A stretch of DNA of 64,000 nucleotides, taken from NCBI GenBank assembly GCA_039815375.1, contig JBCBZJ010000002.1, positions 160,001-224,000 of the forward strand, in the 5' to 3' direction. Position 1 is the stretch's first letter. The number at the start of each line of letters is the position of its first letter. Positions 11,400 through 21,962 of the stretch are shown in pieces. Position numbers and translations under genes: made by a program. The notes under the pieces were generated by a model that did not search any database, was not told the origin of the DNA, and worked only from the letters and a program-made list of their open reading frames with translations. Origin of the DNA: Verrucomicrobiota bacterium. Its GTDB lineage: Bacteria; Verrucomicrobiota; Verrucomicrobiia; Opitutales; Coraliomargaritaceae.

Positions 11400-11407
11400 G
11401 CTGGGCA

Positions 11408-12205
11408 ATGAAAGCGCACAGATTGCGTCTAATGACGTTGAATATAGCGCATGGGCGGGGGCTTTCACCTTATCAGGGCTTTCATAGCGCAAAGGGTATC
11501 GAGCGTAATCTGATGCGCATTGCCTTTTTGTTGAAGCAAGTCGAAGCAGACGTTGTTTCAATGCAGGAAGTCGATGAGGATTCGCACTGGAACAAGCGCA
11601 TTCACCTGCTCGATTTTTTGAAGGAGCAAACGGATTATGCGGAAAGCTATCTTGGTGTGCACAATAAGCGTGGCGGACGTTTGCCACTGGCCTACGGAAA
11701 CGGCCTCTTGACGAGATTTCCTATTCGACATGCTGAGCATGTCGCCTTCGGTCAGGCCTCGCTTGGTGAGAAAGGTTTCATGTGTGCTGAGCTTGAAACC
11801 GAGCATGGCATTCTGCCTGTCGTAAACCTTCACCTGGACTTCCGTTCGAGGCAGCGTCGTATCGAGCAGATCGAGTGTCTAATCGAATTTTTGGAAAAAA
11901 AGCAGTTTACGGCTGATCACACGCCACACCTCTCGCCTGTAATTTGTGGTGATTTCAATGCTCGTCAGGGAAAACCTTCCGATGCGGTTCGTCACTTCTT
12001 TAGCTACTTAAAAGATGTTTGCGAATACCAGCTTTACCCAAGTAGTAAGCGAGGCACTTTCCCTTCGATTATGCCGACACACGGGCTGGATTTCTTTTTT
12101 GTTCCGCCGGTGTATCAGGTCAAGCGGTGCGAGGTGCTTCGTTCCTACGTCAGCGATCATCGACCCGTTGTGATCGAACTTTTTTTAGGAAGTGCTTCGT
12201 CCTGA
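11408..12205 (+). CDS. Endonuclease/exonuclease/phosphatase family protein
   Basis: MTLNI, MQEVD, NLHL, GDFN and SDHRPV motifs. Confidence 0.9.
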   Translation: MKAHRLRLMTLNIAHGRGLSPYQGFHSAKGIERNLMRIAFLLKQVEADVVSMQEVDEDSHWNKRIHLLDFLKEQTDYAESYLGVHNKRGGRLPLAYGNGLLTRFPIRHAEHVAFGQASLGEKGFMCAELETEHGILPVVNLHLDFRSRQRRIEQIECLIEFLEKKQFTADHTPHLSPVICGDFNARQGKPSDAVRHFFSYLKDVCEYQLYPSSKRGTFPSIMPTHGLDFFFVPPVYQVKRCEVLRSYVSDHRPVVIELFLGSASS

Positions 12206-12228
12206 TAATAGGTCAGCAAGAAATAGCT

Positions 12229-12765
12229 CTATTCCTGAGCTAGAATAATATCTGCAGGGTCTACTTCGACACTGATTTCACGTCCCAGGATTTCGAGTAG
12301 GAGTTGAATCCGCTGCCCTGATGGGAGCTGGGCCATGACTTTGCCGTTCAAACCTTTCAGCGAGCCTGAGATGCATTCGACTGCGGCACCTGGTTCAATG
12401 CTTGGGTCGGGAGCTTCGATCACACCTTTGGGCAGGCTACTCTTGAGCTCTGCAATAACGGAGTCCGGCACGATGCGGCGTTCTCCGTGTTCCACAATTC
12501 GGGTTACACCCTGACTATGCATGACCTGCCGATTTTGTTCTGCGAAGTCGAACTTTGCGAATATGTAGCCTGGAAATAGTGCTTCGACGAAGCGCTTCTT
12601 TCCTGCGCGTGTTTTTTTTATCTGACTGATACGCGGACAGAGAACCTCAACTTTTTCGATCTGGGCCAATATGGACGCGGCGATATGCTCTCGTTTTGTT
12701 TGAGTGCGGAGGCAATACCAATACAGGCCGGACCTAGGTTTTTCGATATTGGTATTCTCGGTCAT
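12229..12765 (-). CDS. NusG-family transcription antiterminator (RfaH/UpxY-like paralog)
   Basis: WYCLRTQTKRE and ALFPGYIF (NGN domain), plus KOW-like VECISGSLKGLNG. Confidence 0.85.
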   Translation of the reverse strand: MTENTNIEKPRSGLYWYCLRTQTKREHIAASILAQIEKVEVLCPRISQIKKTRAGKKRFVEALFPGYIFAKFDFAEQNRQVMHSQGVTRIVEHGERRIVPDSVIAELKSSLPKGVIEAPDPSIEPGAAVECISGSLKGLNGKVMAQLPSGQRIQLLLEILGREISVEVDPADIILAQE

Positions 12766-12848
12766 TGAGTTAATTTGAAGGCTAGTTCGGCAGCATCTGC
12801 TTTCAATCGCAAAGATGCGATCCTGACTCTCTATCTTTTGTTAACTTA

Positions 12849-13015
12849 AACTCCGGTGCAGTTTAAAGCCGCTGTCGCTCAAACGGTGACAGAAAATCAG
12901 GCTCAAGGACTGGAACTACTGGGTCATTCCCCTATGGCAGCCCAGCTGTAACATCTGTATGCTGGATCGAACGGATGCGACTCAGGCGAACGACGCACTC
13001 AATTTTACGGGAGTA
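12849..13015. ncRNA. Candidate structured non-coding RNA (6S-sized) or structured leader
   Basis: ORF-free gap with end pairing ACTCC/GGAGT and three internal stems (see findings). Confidence 0.35.
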
Positions 13016-13022
13016 ACTTGAT

Positions 13023-14741
13023 TTAAAGAGCGTTTCCCGACTTGTCATCGTCCGGTTCTACAATGTTGGACTTTTCTTCTTCTTCTTTAACCGTCTCTTC
13101 TAGTGCAACCGAATTCTCGGGCTCTGTAGGATGGGAAGCTTCTGCAACCACAGGCGGGCGATCAGCTTCTGGAATCTCTTTCTTTTTCGGCTCTGGTAAT
13201 GGTGCTGGCGCAAAGAGTCGTCCATCTCCATACTCTGTTACATAGCCTTCCGTGATCAGCCAGCGCAAGTCCAGCATGAGTTGATTGAGTTTTTTCTGTT
13301 CTGCTTCGGTTAGCTCAACGGTTGGGGTTGCCTGAGTCGAAGCTTCAGCCGATGTGTTTGGTATCTTATCTGGAGCGTCTTCTACAGTTCCGCCGGTATC
13401 TGTTTCAACGGTTTTTGCTGCCGCCGATGCGGCAGCATCCTTCATCTTAAGTTCCTCGGGCTTTTGCTTCTCGGTGTCGACACCGATGTATTCCGTGGGC
13501 AATTTAGAAGCTGGAATTTCCGGGTGCTTTTCAATGTATTCAATCAAATCTCGTATCGAATCTGTGAATACAGTTTTGCTGTCGCGGAATCTGCGCTTTA
13601 CGGCGCAGACATAAGAGACACCTTTGGCACCTTTTTTGTAGACGGCAAATTTATGGCGACGTAAACGCCCCCGGATATTGTTGGCCGAGTCGAGTGGGAA
13701 GTGTTTCTGCTGCTCAATGTAGCTTTCAACCGAACGGCGTAAATTGCCCCGGGGCATACGCTCGATGTCGCGCCCGGCAAAACGGATGCTTTCACCTGAA
13801 CCCACGACTTTGTCCTTGCGATGCATAATTAGGAAATGTCTCGCTGATTCGAGAGTTTCGAAGGACACCGGCTCGCCCTCCTGGCGGTCCTTTACCGTGT
13901 AGCGAGCACCTTTTTTCATGCTTTCCAACCAAGCATCAATATCCTCTTGTTCTTTAGTGCTTTCAATCTTGGATTGAAAGCGTTCGAACGACATGCCGCT
14001 TATCCTTGAGTTGTAATGCTGCTGTAGGAACTCCTGATATCGGTGGTAATTTGGAGGGCCGAGAAGTGCTCCAGTTATGGTGCAACGGTTGACCATCTGG
14101 AAGTTGCCGGAGGGTGCTTCGACCTCGGTTTCTTCTATATCGAAAAACAGGTCGAGGCATTCATTGACGACATAACTGATTGCCTGTTCCTCGCTTTCGA
14201 AAGGGAGATGGCCCGGCACGGAGAAGCAAAGCGTAGACTTGGAGTCAGATGCTTCTCTACTTTTTACTTTCGGAGAGACGACGACTACGTAGCGCTCCGG
14301 CTTTTCCAGAAGTAGGTGGGCAATCTCGAAAAGCTGGTAGGTGCGCGCGCTTGCGCGAAGACGTTTCACGAGAGCGTCAAATGCCTCATCTTGCGGGTAT
14401 AAGTCTACTTTTACAGTTGGCTCGAATATTGGTCGGGTGGGCCTTTGTCGGTTATGATCGCGCTTATCGTGACTACGCCGCTCATACCCACTTCCAGATC
14501 GAGGAGCACTGTTATCGCGTTGTGGTCTGCCCTGAGAACGTCGATCCCGGGAACCTTGCGGAGGGCCGGAACGTCTACCTTTTACTTTCTTACCTCCGCT
14601 ATCGTGAAAGCGTTTTGAATCGGGCGATTTTGAGGTTTTACCATCGGCCCAGTCTGGTCCGAAGTTGAGATCGGAGAGTGAGTTTAGGTCCAGTGAACCT
14701 CCGGTTGCGTCGGGCGCAGGGTCTGCTGTTTTTTCAGCCAT
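13023..14741 (-). CDS. Hypothetical protein with disordered termini
   Basis: 572-aa ORF: Arg/Gly-rich N-terminus, globular core, acidic C-terminus; no family recognised. Confidence 0.8.
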   Translation of the reverse strand: MAEKTADPAPDATGGSLDLNSLSDLNFGPDWADGKTSKSPDSKRFHDSGGKKVKGRRSGPPQGSRDRRSQGRPQRDNSAPRSGSGYERRSHDKRDHNRQRPTRPIFEPTVKVDLYPQDEAFDALVKRLRASARTYQLFEIAHLLLEKPERYVVVVSPKVKSREASDSKSTLCFSVPGHLPFESEEQAISYVVNECLDLFFDIEETEVEAPSGNFQMVNRCTITGALLGPPNYHRYQEFLQQHYNSRISGMSFERFQSKIESTKEQEDIDAWLESMKKGARYTVKDRQEGEPVSFETLESARHFLIMHRKDKVVGSGESIRFAGRDIERMPRGNLRRSVESYIEQQKHFPLDSANNIRGRLRRHKFAVYKKGAKGVSYVCAVKRRFRDSKTVFTDSIRDLIEYIEKHPEIPASKLPTEYIGVDTEKQKPEELKMKDAAASAAAKTVETDTGGTVEDAPDKIPNTSAEASTQATPTVELTEAEQKKLNQLMLDLRWLITEGYVTEYGDGRLFAPAPLPEPKKKEIPEADRPPVVAEASHPTEPENSVALEETVKEEEEKSNIVEPDDDKSGNAL

Positions 14742-14939
14742 TGTTGTTTGTAAAACGCATCCGTTCCCGGATACGTGGATTTAGATTAGCGAGAATTAGA
14801 TCAGTAGGGGAAAATAAACGCTCTGACAAGCATACGCACTGCCTTTTTTGATCGCATCACAAAATTTCCAATATTTGTGTTGAATTCATAACATAGCTCT
14901 CTATCACCTTCGTCCTTCTGTGAATTTCACATCTTCAAC

Positions 14940-15057
<118 letters not shown>

Positions 15058-15190
15058 TGTTTGAGCAGGGTCTTCGACTGCGCTGCTCTGGTTCTGGGAG
15101 ATGCCGTTCTGAAAACTGCTACAATGCCACTTGCGCGTGCAGTTGATTGCTTCATTCTACCCCAATATGTCCGGTGTTTCTGAATCAATC

Positions 15191-16807
15191 ATGCAGAAAA
15201 GATTTGGTTGGCTTGTCGCTTTACTCCTCCTTCTTGCCAGCTGTGTTCTTGCTTTTCAGGATTTCCGCCTCCTCGCGCTTTGGCCGAGTCTGGTCGCACT
15301 TCTTGTTGTTTTCAGCCTACGCAGCGCAGCTGCAGGTCTTTTTGTAGGAGCTCTTGCTGGTGGGATCTTACTTTCGGAAGGTGCATTTTCAAAGATTCCC
15401 TCAATTCTTTGGTTGGATCAGTTCTGGCCTATCTTTCAGTCAGAGTGGAAGCTAAGTGCGATTGTTTTTACGCTTATTCTAGGCGGTTTTGTCGCATTGA
15501 TTGAAGCGGGTGGTGGGCTTCAAGCATTGCTCAAGATAATAATCGGGACGAGTCAAGCGTCAGCCAAGCGTATGCAGTTAGCGGTCAGTGGATTTGGCCT
15601 GATGGTTTTTTTCGATGGTTTAGCCAACACAATGCTCGTTGGTCGCCTTTTGCGAACCGCTGCAGATCGTGCTGGTGTTTCCCGGGTGAAGCTTGCTTAT
15701 CTGGCGGATGCTACAGGCTCTGCGGTTGCCTGCTTGGCGTTCATCTCAACTTGGATTGCTTTTCAATTGTCGATGATTCGGGAAGGCTTTGCCATGGCTG
15801 GAGAAGAGGTGAATGCCTACAGCTTGTTTTTTCAGTCTCTACCGACTAACTTCTACTGCTGGTTTGCGCTCGTTATGGTCTTTGTTAGTGCCACTCGAGG
15901 GTTTAATCCTGGGCCAATGAAAAGGTTTGAAGAGAAAGCACGCCTGTCTGTTTCAACCCAATTAACTGAAGAAAGTGACGAATCATCCAGCCACTGGGTG
16001 ATGGCAATCGCCCCCATCGCAGTGTTGGTTTTTTCGATTCCTATTTGTAGTTACATGATCGGTGCAGAAAAATTGCTACCCTTCAATTTGCAGAAATTTG
16101 CTGAAGCCTATTCGATCGCTGAGAAGCATGTGCCAAAGATATTGGTTCTATCTAGCTTGATCGCCAGTATTACTGCAGCTGCGGCACTTCTTATTCGGTA
16201 TCGTTCAGTCAACGAGATATCGCAACGAAGGCGGATTGGTAGAACTTTCCTTTCCGGTGTGCGAGATTTAAGCGGGCCAGTTTGCATACTATTGGCGGCT
16301 TGGATGCTTGGTAGCGCAATCAGTCAACTTGGAGCCGCTCAGTATCTCAGCGAAATACTTGAGGGGAATCTGCCGCGCGCGCTTCTACCACTCGCAATCT
16401 TTATCACGGGCGCATTGATTTCTTTTTCAACAGGCACCTCTTGGGGAACAATGGGTGTGCTTATGCCGCTTGCTATTCCTGTGATTTTTGCTCTTACGAA
16501 TGAGACGGAAACAGTGCTTCGCCAGGATATGGTCATCGCGGCGATCGGTGCGGTTTTCAGTGGTGCGGTTTTTGGAGATCACTGTAGTCCCTTTAGTGAC
16601 ACGACGATCGTAGCATCGGTAGCTGCCGGTGTTGAACCGCTTGATCACGTGCGCACGCAAATGCCGTTTGCCCTGATCACTGCCGGGGTCGCCGCTATCT
16701 TTGGATTCGTTCCTCTGGGCTTTGGCTTATCCCCTTTCGTTTCCTTATTGTTAGGGCTTACGCTTCTACTTTTACTTCCAAGCTTTACCCGCAGATGGAC
16801 CAGCTAA
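15191..16807 (+). CDS. NhaC-family Na+/H+ antiporter / transporter
   Basis: Polytopic membrane protein with SFSTGTSWGTMG and GAVFGDHCSPFSDTTI. Start uncertain (15131, 15167 or 15191). Confidence 0.85.
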   Translation: MQKRFGWLVALLLLLASCVLAFQDFRLLALWPSLVALLVVFSLRSAAAGLFVGALAGGILLSEGAFSKIPSILWLDQFWPIFQSEWKLSAIVFTLILGGFVALIEAGGGLQALLKIIIGTSQASAKRMQLAVSGFGLMVFFDGLANTMLVGRLLRTAADRAGVSRVKLAYLADATGSAVACLAFISTWIAFQLSMIREGFAMAGEEVNAYSLFFQSLPTNFYCWFALVMVFVSATRGFNPGPMKRFEEKARLSVSTQLTEESDESSSHWVMAIAPIAVLVFSIPICSYMIGAEKLLPFNLQKFAEAYSIAEKHVPKILVLSSLIASITAAAALLIRYRSVNEISQRRRIGRTFLSGVRDLSGPVCILLAAWMLGSAISQLGAAQYLSEILEGNLPRALLPLAIFITGALISFSTGTSWGTMGVLMPLAIPVIFALTNETETVLRQDMVIAAIGAVFSGAVFGDHCSPFSDTTIVASVAAGVEPLDHVRTQMPFALITAGVAAIFGFVPLGFGLSPFVSLLLGLTLLLLLPSFTRRWTS

Positions 16808-17625
16808 TACCTATAGAGGACTGTTTTGAGGATGTTTTGGGTAAGGCGATAAATGGATTGAGCCTGTCTCCTAAAATCCTTGCTAAGAGACTCTGCACAT
16901 CAGAGGAGTCCATCCTCTCTCTTCTTCGCGGTGAACGTAATGATCTGCTCATGAAGACTCTGGCCAAAGAGCTTTTTCTGGATTTCGAGTCTTTGGTTGT
17001 ATTGGCGAATTGTCCGGCTGCGTCGGATGTTGGATTGCCGCAGGAAGTGACACTTCACAACACCCCATATCCTATTCCGGGTTACGAAGCGATGACGGTA
17101 AACAGTTACTCGATCTCTCCTCCGGGTGCGGCGTGCCATATCTTGATTGATGCTGGAGTGAGTCCCAGCGAATTGTCTGATGAAATTGCAGTTTCAGGCA
17201 TTAGAGCAGATGCGCTTTTGCTGACACACACGCATCATGACCATGTAAAGTATTTTGATGCATTATCGCCAATGTTTGCCCATACCTATGCGCCGGAGCT
17301 TGAGCCTTACAGGGCGGCTACACCGGTTTCTGAAAAGGATTCCATCGAGATTGGCGGAGGTTGGTCTTTGCAAGCCTTGCTGACTGCCGGACATTCACCC
17401 GGCGGCACGACTTACCTGTTGAGAGGAGCCCCGCAACTTGTGGCGTTCGTCGGGGATGCAATCTTTTCTTATTCTATCGGTAAAGCTCATGCGGCCTACG
17501 AAGCGGCACTGTCAGCTATTCGGGGGAAAATACTCAGCTTGCCTGACAATACCATTATCTGTCCGGGTCATGGCCCCCTGACAACTGTCGCTTTTGAGAA
17601 GGCAAATAACCCTTTCTTTGCCTAA
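16795..17625 (+). CDS. MBL-fold metallo-hydrolase with N-terminal helical extension
   Basis: THTHHDH, GHSPGG, FVGDAIF, PGHG, EKANNPF. Confidence 0.88.
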   Translation: MDQLIPIEDCFEDVLGKAINGLSLSPKILAKRLCTSEESILSLLRGERNDLLMKTLAKELFLDFESLVVLANCPAASDVGLPQEVTLHNTPYPIPGYEAMTVNSYSISPPGAACHILIDAGVSPSELSDEIAVSGIRADALLLTHTHHDHVKYFDALSPMFAHTYAPELEPYRAATPVSEKDSIEIGGGWSLQALLTAGHSPGGTTYLLRGAPQLVAFVGDAIFSYSIGKAHAAYEAALSAIRGKILSLPDNTIICPGHGPLTTVAFEKANNPFFA

Positions 17626-17684
17626 ACGGGTAATCGCCAAGTGACACGGATTGACAGTTTGGCTCAATCTGTGATCTTTCTGTT

Positions 17685-18251
17685 ATGAGCATCAACGAGG
17701 AGCTAACTCTAGTTCGTGATACCCCAGCTACAATCATACCTGCCGGCGATAATCTCGTGCTTGAGGCGGGCACTCGCGCAACGATTTCGCAGGCGCTCGG
17801 TGGCACAGTGACCATTCGCACAAATTCAGGCCTCTACAGAATCGATGGAAAAGACTGGGATGCTTTGGGAGAAGCGGTTCAGGCTGACCTCAAGGCTTCA
17901 GCAAAAGATCGTGATCGAGCCGTTTCCGATGCGCCTTTTAGTGAGGAACTCGTCTGGGAGGCGATGAAGAACTGCTTCGATCCGGAGATTCCAGTCAATA
18001 TTGTCGATCTCGGACTGATTTATGACCTTCAAGTTGTTGAGCCAGATGCGGAGGGTATGCACGCGATATATGTGAAGATGACGCTCACGGCTCAGGGTTG
18101 TGGGATGGGTCCGGTTATTGCAGACGATGCAAAACAGCAAATCGAAGCATTGCCGACCGTCTCAGGTGCGCAGGTAGATATCGTCTGGGACCCGCCCTGG
18201 ACTCCTCATATGATTTCAGAGGAAGGCCGCCAAAAGCTTGGCCTCGAATAA
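17685..18251 (+). CDS. sufT: Fe-S cluster assembly protein SufT-like (DUF59)
   Basis: DPEIPVNIVDLGLIY, MTLTAQGCGMG, WDPPW; N-terminal ISQALGG extension. Confidence 0.85.
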   Translation: MSINEELTLVRDTPATIIPAGDNLVLEAGTRATISQALGGTVTIRTNSGLYRIDGKDWDALGEAVQADLKASAKDRDRAVSDAPFSEELVWEAMKNCFDPEIPVNIVDLGLIYDLQVVEPDAEGMHAIYVKMTLTAQGCGMGPVIADDAKQQIEALPTVSGAQVDIVWDPPWTPHMISEEGRQKLGLE

Positions 18252-18534
18252 CTTTGCCTCTGGAAAATACGCTAAGGTTAGGGATTCTTGGTGATCGAAT
18301 TCATTTAGTTCGGACTTACTTCTTCGATTAAAATTTTATCTCGATCCGGACTGTTCATCGGGGGTAAGAGCAACCTAGCTTGGCTGCCTTACGTTGGTGG
18401 CTTTAGTGTGTGATGCAGATATGCCGGGGAGCTGTTTATTCGAGCGGATCGACTGCTCGATCACGGTAATCTTCTCAAAGGCAATTTTGTGAAGATAGGT
18501 AATCGATACCTTTACATTTTATGGCTGTAACGTG

Positions 18535-20451
18535 CTATTCCTTGATCTCGGCTTCGGTCGAGGGGAAGTCCATCAAGCCTTGAAGGCGCTGCATGACTCG
18601 CTCAAGAATAGATTCGGCGTTGAGACCAACTTGCTCACGCAGCACGTTTACCGAGCTGCCGTGCTCTACAAACTCATCCGGCCAGCCAACCCGTTCGACT
18701 GGACACGCGACTGCGCCGGCAGAAAGGGCCTCGAGAATTGCTGTTCCGAAACCTCCGGTTTCGACATGATCCTCTAAGGTAACGATAAGATGGTGCTTTC
18801 TCGCGGCATGGGCCAACGCATCAGTGTCCAAAGGCTTTGCAAATCGTGCGTTTACGACGCCAGCGCTGATCCCATGTTCGCTTAAACGAGCGGCCAGTTT
18901 TTCGGCATCGGCAACCATCGTTCCAATTGCCCAGATATCAACATGCTGTCCGGTCTGGAGGCGTTTCGATTTTCCGATATCTATCTTTTCGGGGAAGTGC
19001 TTCATGGGAGCACCTGCAGCATTGCCTCTTGGGTAACGAATAAAGGCAGGACCCTTATAATCGAGACCCGTTGCCATCATATCAGCCAGTTCGTCTTCAT
19101 TTGAAGGTGCCATGATGACGACTCCTGGAACACAGCGTAGATAAGAGATATCGAAAAGACCGTGATGAGTGGCTCCATCATTTGGCGAGAGTCCAGCTCG
19201 GTCCATACAGAAAAGAACTGGTAGCTTCTGTAGCGCAACGTCATGGATGATCTGGTCGTAGGCGCGCTGAAGGAAGGTCGAGTAGATGGCGCAGACTGGA
19301 TGAAACCCGGAAGTCGCCATACCTGCAGCAAACAGCACTGCATGCTCTTCCGCGATACCTACATCGAAGAATCGCTCAGGGAGTTCTTTCTCCAGAATGT
19401 TTAAGCCGGTTCCTGATGGCATTGCCGCAGTGATACCGACGACGTTCTTATCATCCCTTGCCAGTTTAACCAGCGTCTGACCCATAACATCCTGGTATTT
19501 TGGCGGTGTGCCCGCAGGCAGAGGAGCACCCTTACCAGTCTCAACATCGAATGGACTTGCTCCATGGAAGCGTTCAGGATTTTCAATTGCGACGTCGTAT
19601 CCTTTGCCCTTTGTCGTGAGCACATGCAAAAGCACAGGCTGCTCCGCATTCTTGGCAAATTCAAGGTAGTGTTCTATCTGTTCAAAATCGTGTCCATCAA
19701 TGGGTCCGATATAGCGCACGTTAAACTTCTCGAACAATGAAGAAGAGACAAAGAAGTCTTTTGTTTCTTTTTTCCATTTATTACCGAAGTTGATCAAAGA
19801 GCTTCCGCCTGGAACCTTGTGCAGGAGCTGTTCCAGATCGTCGTTGAGCCGATTATAGACGGGATTTGTAATCAACTCATTGAAATAGCGGGGGAGTGCA
19901 CCGACATTTTTTGCGATCGACCATTTGTTATCGTTGAGGATTATAACAAGGCGTTTGGTGGTGCTCGCAACATTGTTGAGTGCTTCCATCGTGATGCCGC
20001 AGGTAAAGGCGGCATCTCCACAAAGTGCGACGACGTTTTCATCGCTGCCACGTTTGTCACGTGCCGAAGCCATGCCCAGAGCGGCTGAGAGCGCAGTGCC
20101 GGCATGTCCGGCGCCAAAAGCATCGTGGTCACTCTCTGAGCGCGAAAGAAATCCACTCAGACCACCGGTTTGGCGGATTATATCAAATTCCTCACCATTA
20201 CGACCAGTTAAAAGCTTATGGACATAGCCTTGGTGCGCGACATCAAAGACAAATTTGTCCTTGGGCGTATCAAAAACACGATGCAGGCCGATCGTGAGTT
20301 CAACCACACCGAGATTCGGCCCAATGTGTCCGCCGTTCTTCGATGTCGTTGCAATAATGCGCTCGCGGATCTCTTTTGCCAGCTCAGGTAGCTGCCGTGC
20401 ATCCAACCGACTGACATCACTCGGCGAGTTGATCTGTTCCAATAATGACAT
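18535..20451 (-). CDS. dxs: 1-deoxy-D-xylulose-5-phosphate synthase
   Basis: GGHIGPNLG, DVAHQGYVHK, GDAA...NDN TPP motif, IAEEHA, YSTFLQRAYDQ, DRAG. Confidence 0.96.
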   Translation of the reverse strand: MSLLEQINSPSDVSRLDARQLPELAKEIRERIIATTSKNGGHIGPNLGVVELTIGLHRVFDTPKDKFVFDVAHQGYVHKLLTGRNGEEFDIIRQTGGLSGFLSRSESDHDAFGAGHAGTALSAALGMASARDKRGSDENVVALCGDAAFTCGITMEALNNVASTTKRLVIILNDNKWSIAKNVGALPRYFNELITNPVYNRLNDDLEQLLHKVPGGSSLINFGNKWKKETKDFFVSSSLFEKFNVRYIGPIDGHDFEQIEHYLEFAKNAEQPVLLHVLTTKGKGYDVAIENPERFHGASPFDVETGKGAPLPAGTPPKYQDVMGQTLVKLARDDKNVVGITAAMPSGTGLNILEKELPERFFDVGIAEEHAVLFAAGMATSGFHPVCAIYSTFLQRAYDQIIHDVALQKLPVLFCMDRAGLSPNDGATHHGLFDISYLRCVPGVVIMAPSNEDELADMMATGLDYKGPAFIRYPRGNAAGAPMKHFPEKIDIGKSKRLQTGQHVDIWAIGTMVADAEKLAARLSEHGISAGVVNARFAKPLDTDALAHAARKHHLIVTLEDHVETGGFGTAILEALSAGAVACPVERVGWPDEFVEHGSSVNVLREQVGLNAESILERVMQRLQGLMDFPSTEAEIKE

Positions 20452-20484
20452 TTCCGAGCCGTTTATTGAGTTTGGTTAGGCTTC

Positions 20485-20718
<234 letters not shown>

Positions 20719-20736
20719 ATTGATGTAGTCGGTCAG

Positions 20737-21939
20737 TTACAGTAGAGGCGTCATCCGAACCTGTGTGGGCGACTCAAAGGCATTCTGAATGACATCCAGA
20801 TCAATGTTCTTTGTGATCAAATCCTTAATGATCGGAATCTTGTCATCGTCATCAGGTTGGGTTTTGACCGTCATATTATTAACCAGCGACGCGACCTGGT
20901 AGCTCTCATCACTGCAAATCACAACCGGAATTCGGGTCTTAGCCAGCATTTCCATTAACTTTGGATGCGGCAGGACGTTTCGAGTTAGAATGATACTGGA
21001 AATGATCTTATCGTCCGCAACACTCTCTGCTGCAATTGCCGCAAGGATGATATCTTCGCGGTCGCCGGGGGTAATAATGAGGGTGCCTCGCTGCAGGTAA
21101 TCGACGAGCCCTTTTGCTGCCATAGCCCCAATGATGACCTTGTTTATACGCTCTGTCTTACCGTGTTCGTAGCCGTTGAGCCAACGCCCATCCACAACCT
21201 CGACGATTTGGTTGAGGTTAGGACGGGTTAATTGATGCTCTACCGGAATACAACCGAGTAGAGCGATGCCCATCCGGTTCAATGCTTTACGGCAGTTCTC
21301 TTCGATGAGTTCTCTCTTTTCAGGTAGCACTTTATTGATGATTGCACCAATAACCTCGACACCAGCCGCTTCAAACAGGGCTTTATTCAGGGCAATTTCG
21401 TCGATCGGGCGACCAATACCGCCTTTAGCAACGATGATGACTTTGGCGTCCAGACGCTTTGCAACATCCGCGTTGGAAAGTTCGAAGACAGAGCCGACTC
21501 CGGCGTGTCCGGTGCCTTCAATAATAATGTAATCCTTTTCAAATGCAGCACGGTCGAAGGCCCGGCACATGGTGTCGATCAGCTCGGCGTGTTTGCTGCC
21601 TGGGGATTCGAGGTATTCCCGTGTGAAGTTAGCATGTACGGCGATGGGGCTCATCGCTCGAATCGGCACTTCAACATTAAAAATCCTGTTCAGCAGGACC
21701 GAGTCTTCATCTATCTGATGGCCTTCGATGTCCACAAAGCGCTGCCCGACAGGTTTGATGAAACCGACCCGATCCGTAATGCCCCGCAGGGCTGCGAAAA
21801 GTGCCAGGCTGGTGGTCGTTTTACCGTCATTCATACGGGTTGCAGCGATGAAGATGCGTTTGGTCGTCTCGTTACGGGGTGCCGTCAACATTTCGTTGTC
21901 GTTCGGTTCGGAGAAGAGCTTTTCTTTCGATGCAGCCAT
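20737..21939 (-). CDS. BioD-like P-loop + DRTGG protein (stand-alone N-terminal module of long Pta)
   Basis: DGKTT, GFIKPVG, IIEGTGH, ITPGDREDI. Confidence 0.82.
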   Translation of the reverse strand: MAASKEKLFSEPNDNEMLTAPRNETTKRIFIAATRMNDGKTTTSLALFAALRGITDRVGFIKPVGQRFVDIEGHQIDEDSVLLNRIFNVEVPIRAMSPIAVHANFTREYLESPGSKHAELIDTMCRAFDRAAFEKDYIIIEGTGHAGVGSVFELSNADVAKRLDAKVIIVAKGGIGRPIDEIALNKALFEAAGVEVIGAIINKVLPEKRELIEENCRKALNRMGIALLGCIPVEHQLTRPNLNQIVEVVDGRWLNGYEHGKTERINKVIIGAMAAKGLVDYLQRGTLIITPGDREDIILAAIAAESVADDKIISSIILTRNVLPHPKLMEMLAKTRIPVVICSDESYQVASLVNNMTVKTQPDDDDKIPIIKDLITKNIDLDVIQNAFESPTQVRMTPLL

Positions 21940-21962
21940 TATTTGGAATATATCGTTAAAGA

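Noticed and set aside
18252..18534. 280-bp gap between convergent sufT and dxs with a small hairpin
   Set aside because: No convincing ORF or extended structure; the hairpin could be chance or a weak terminator.
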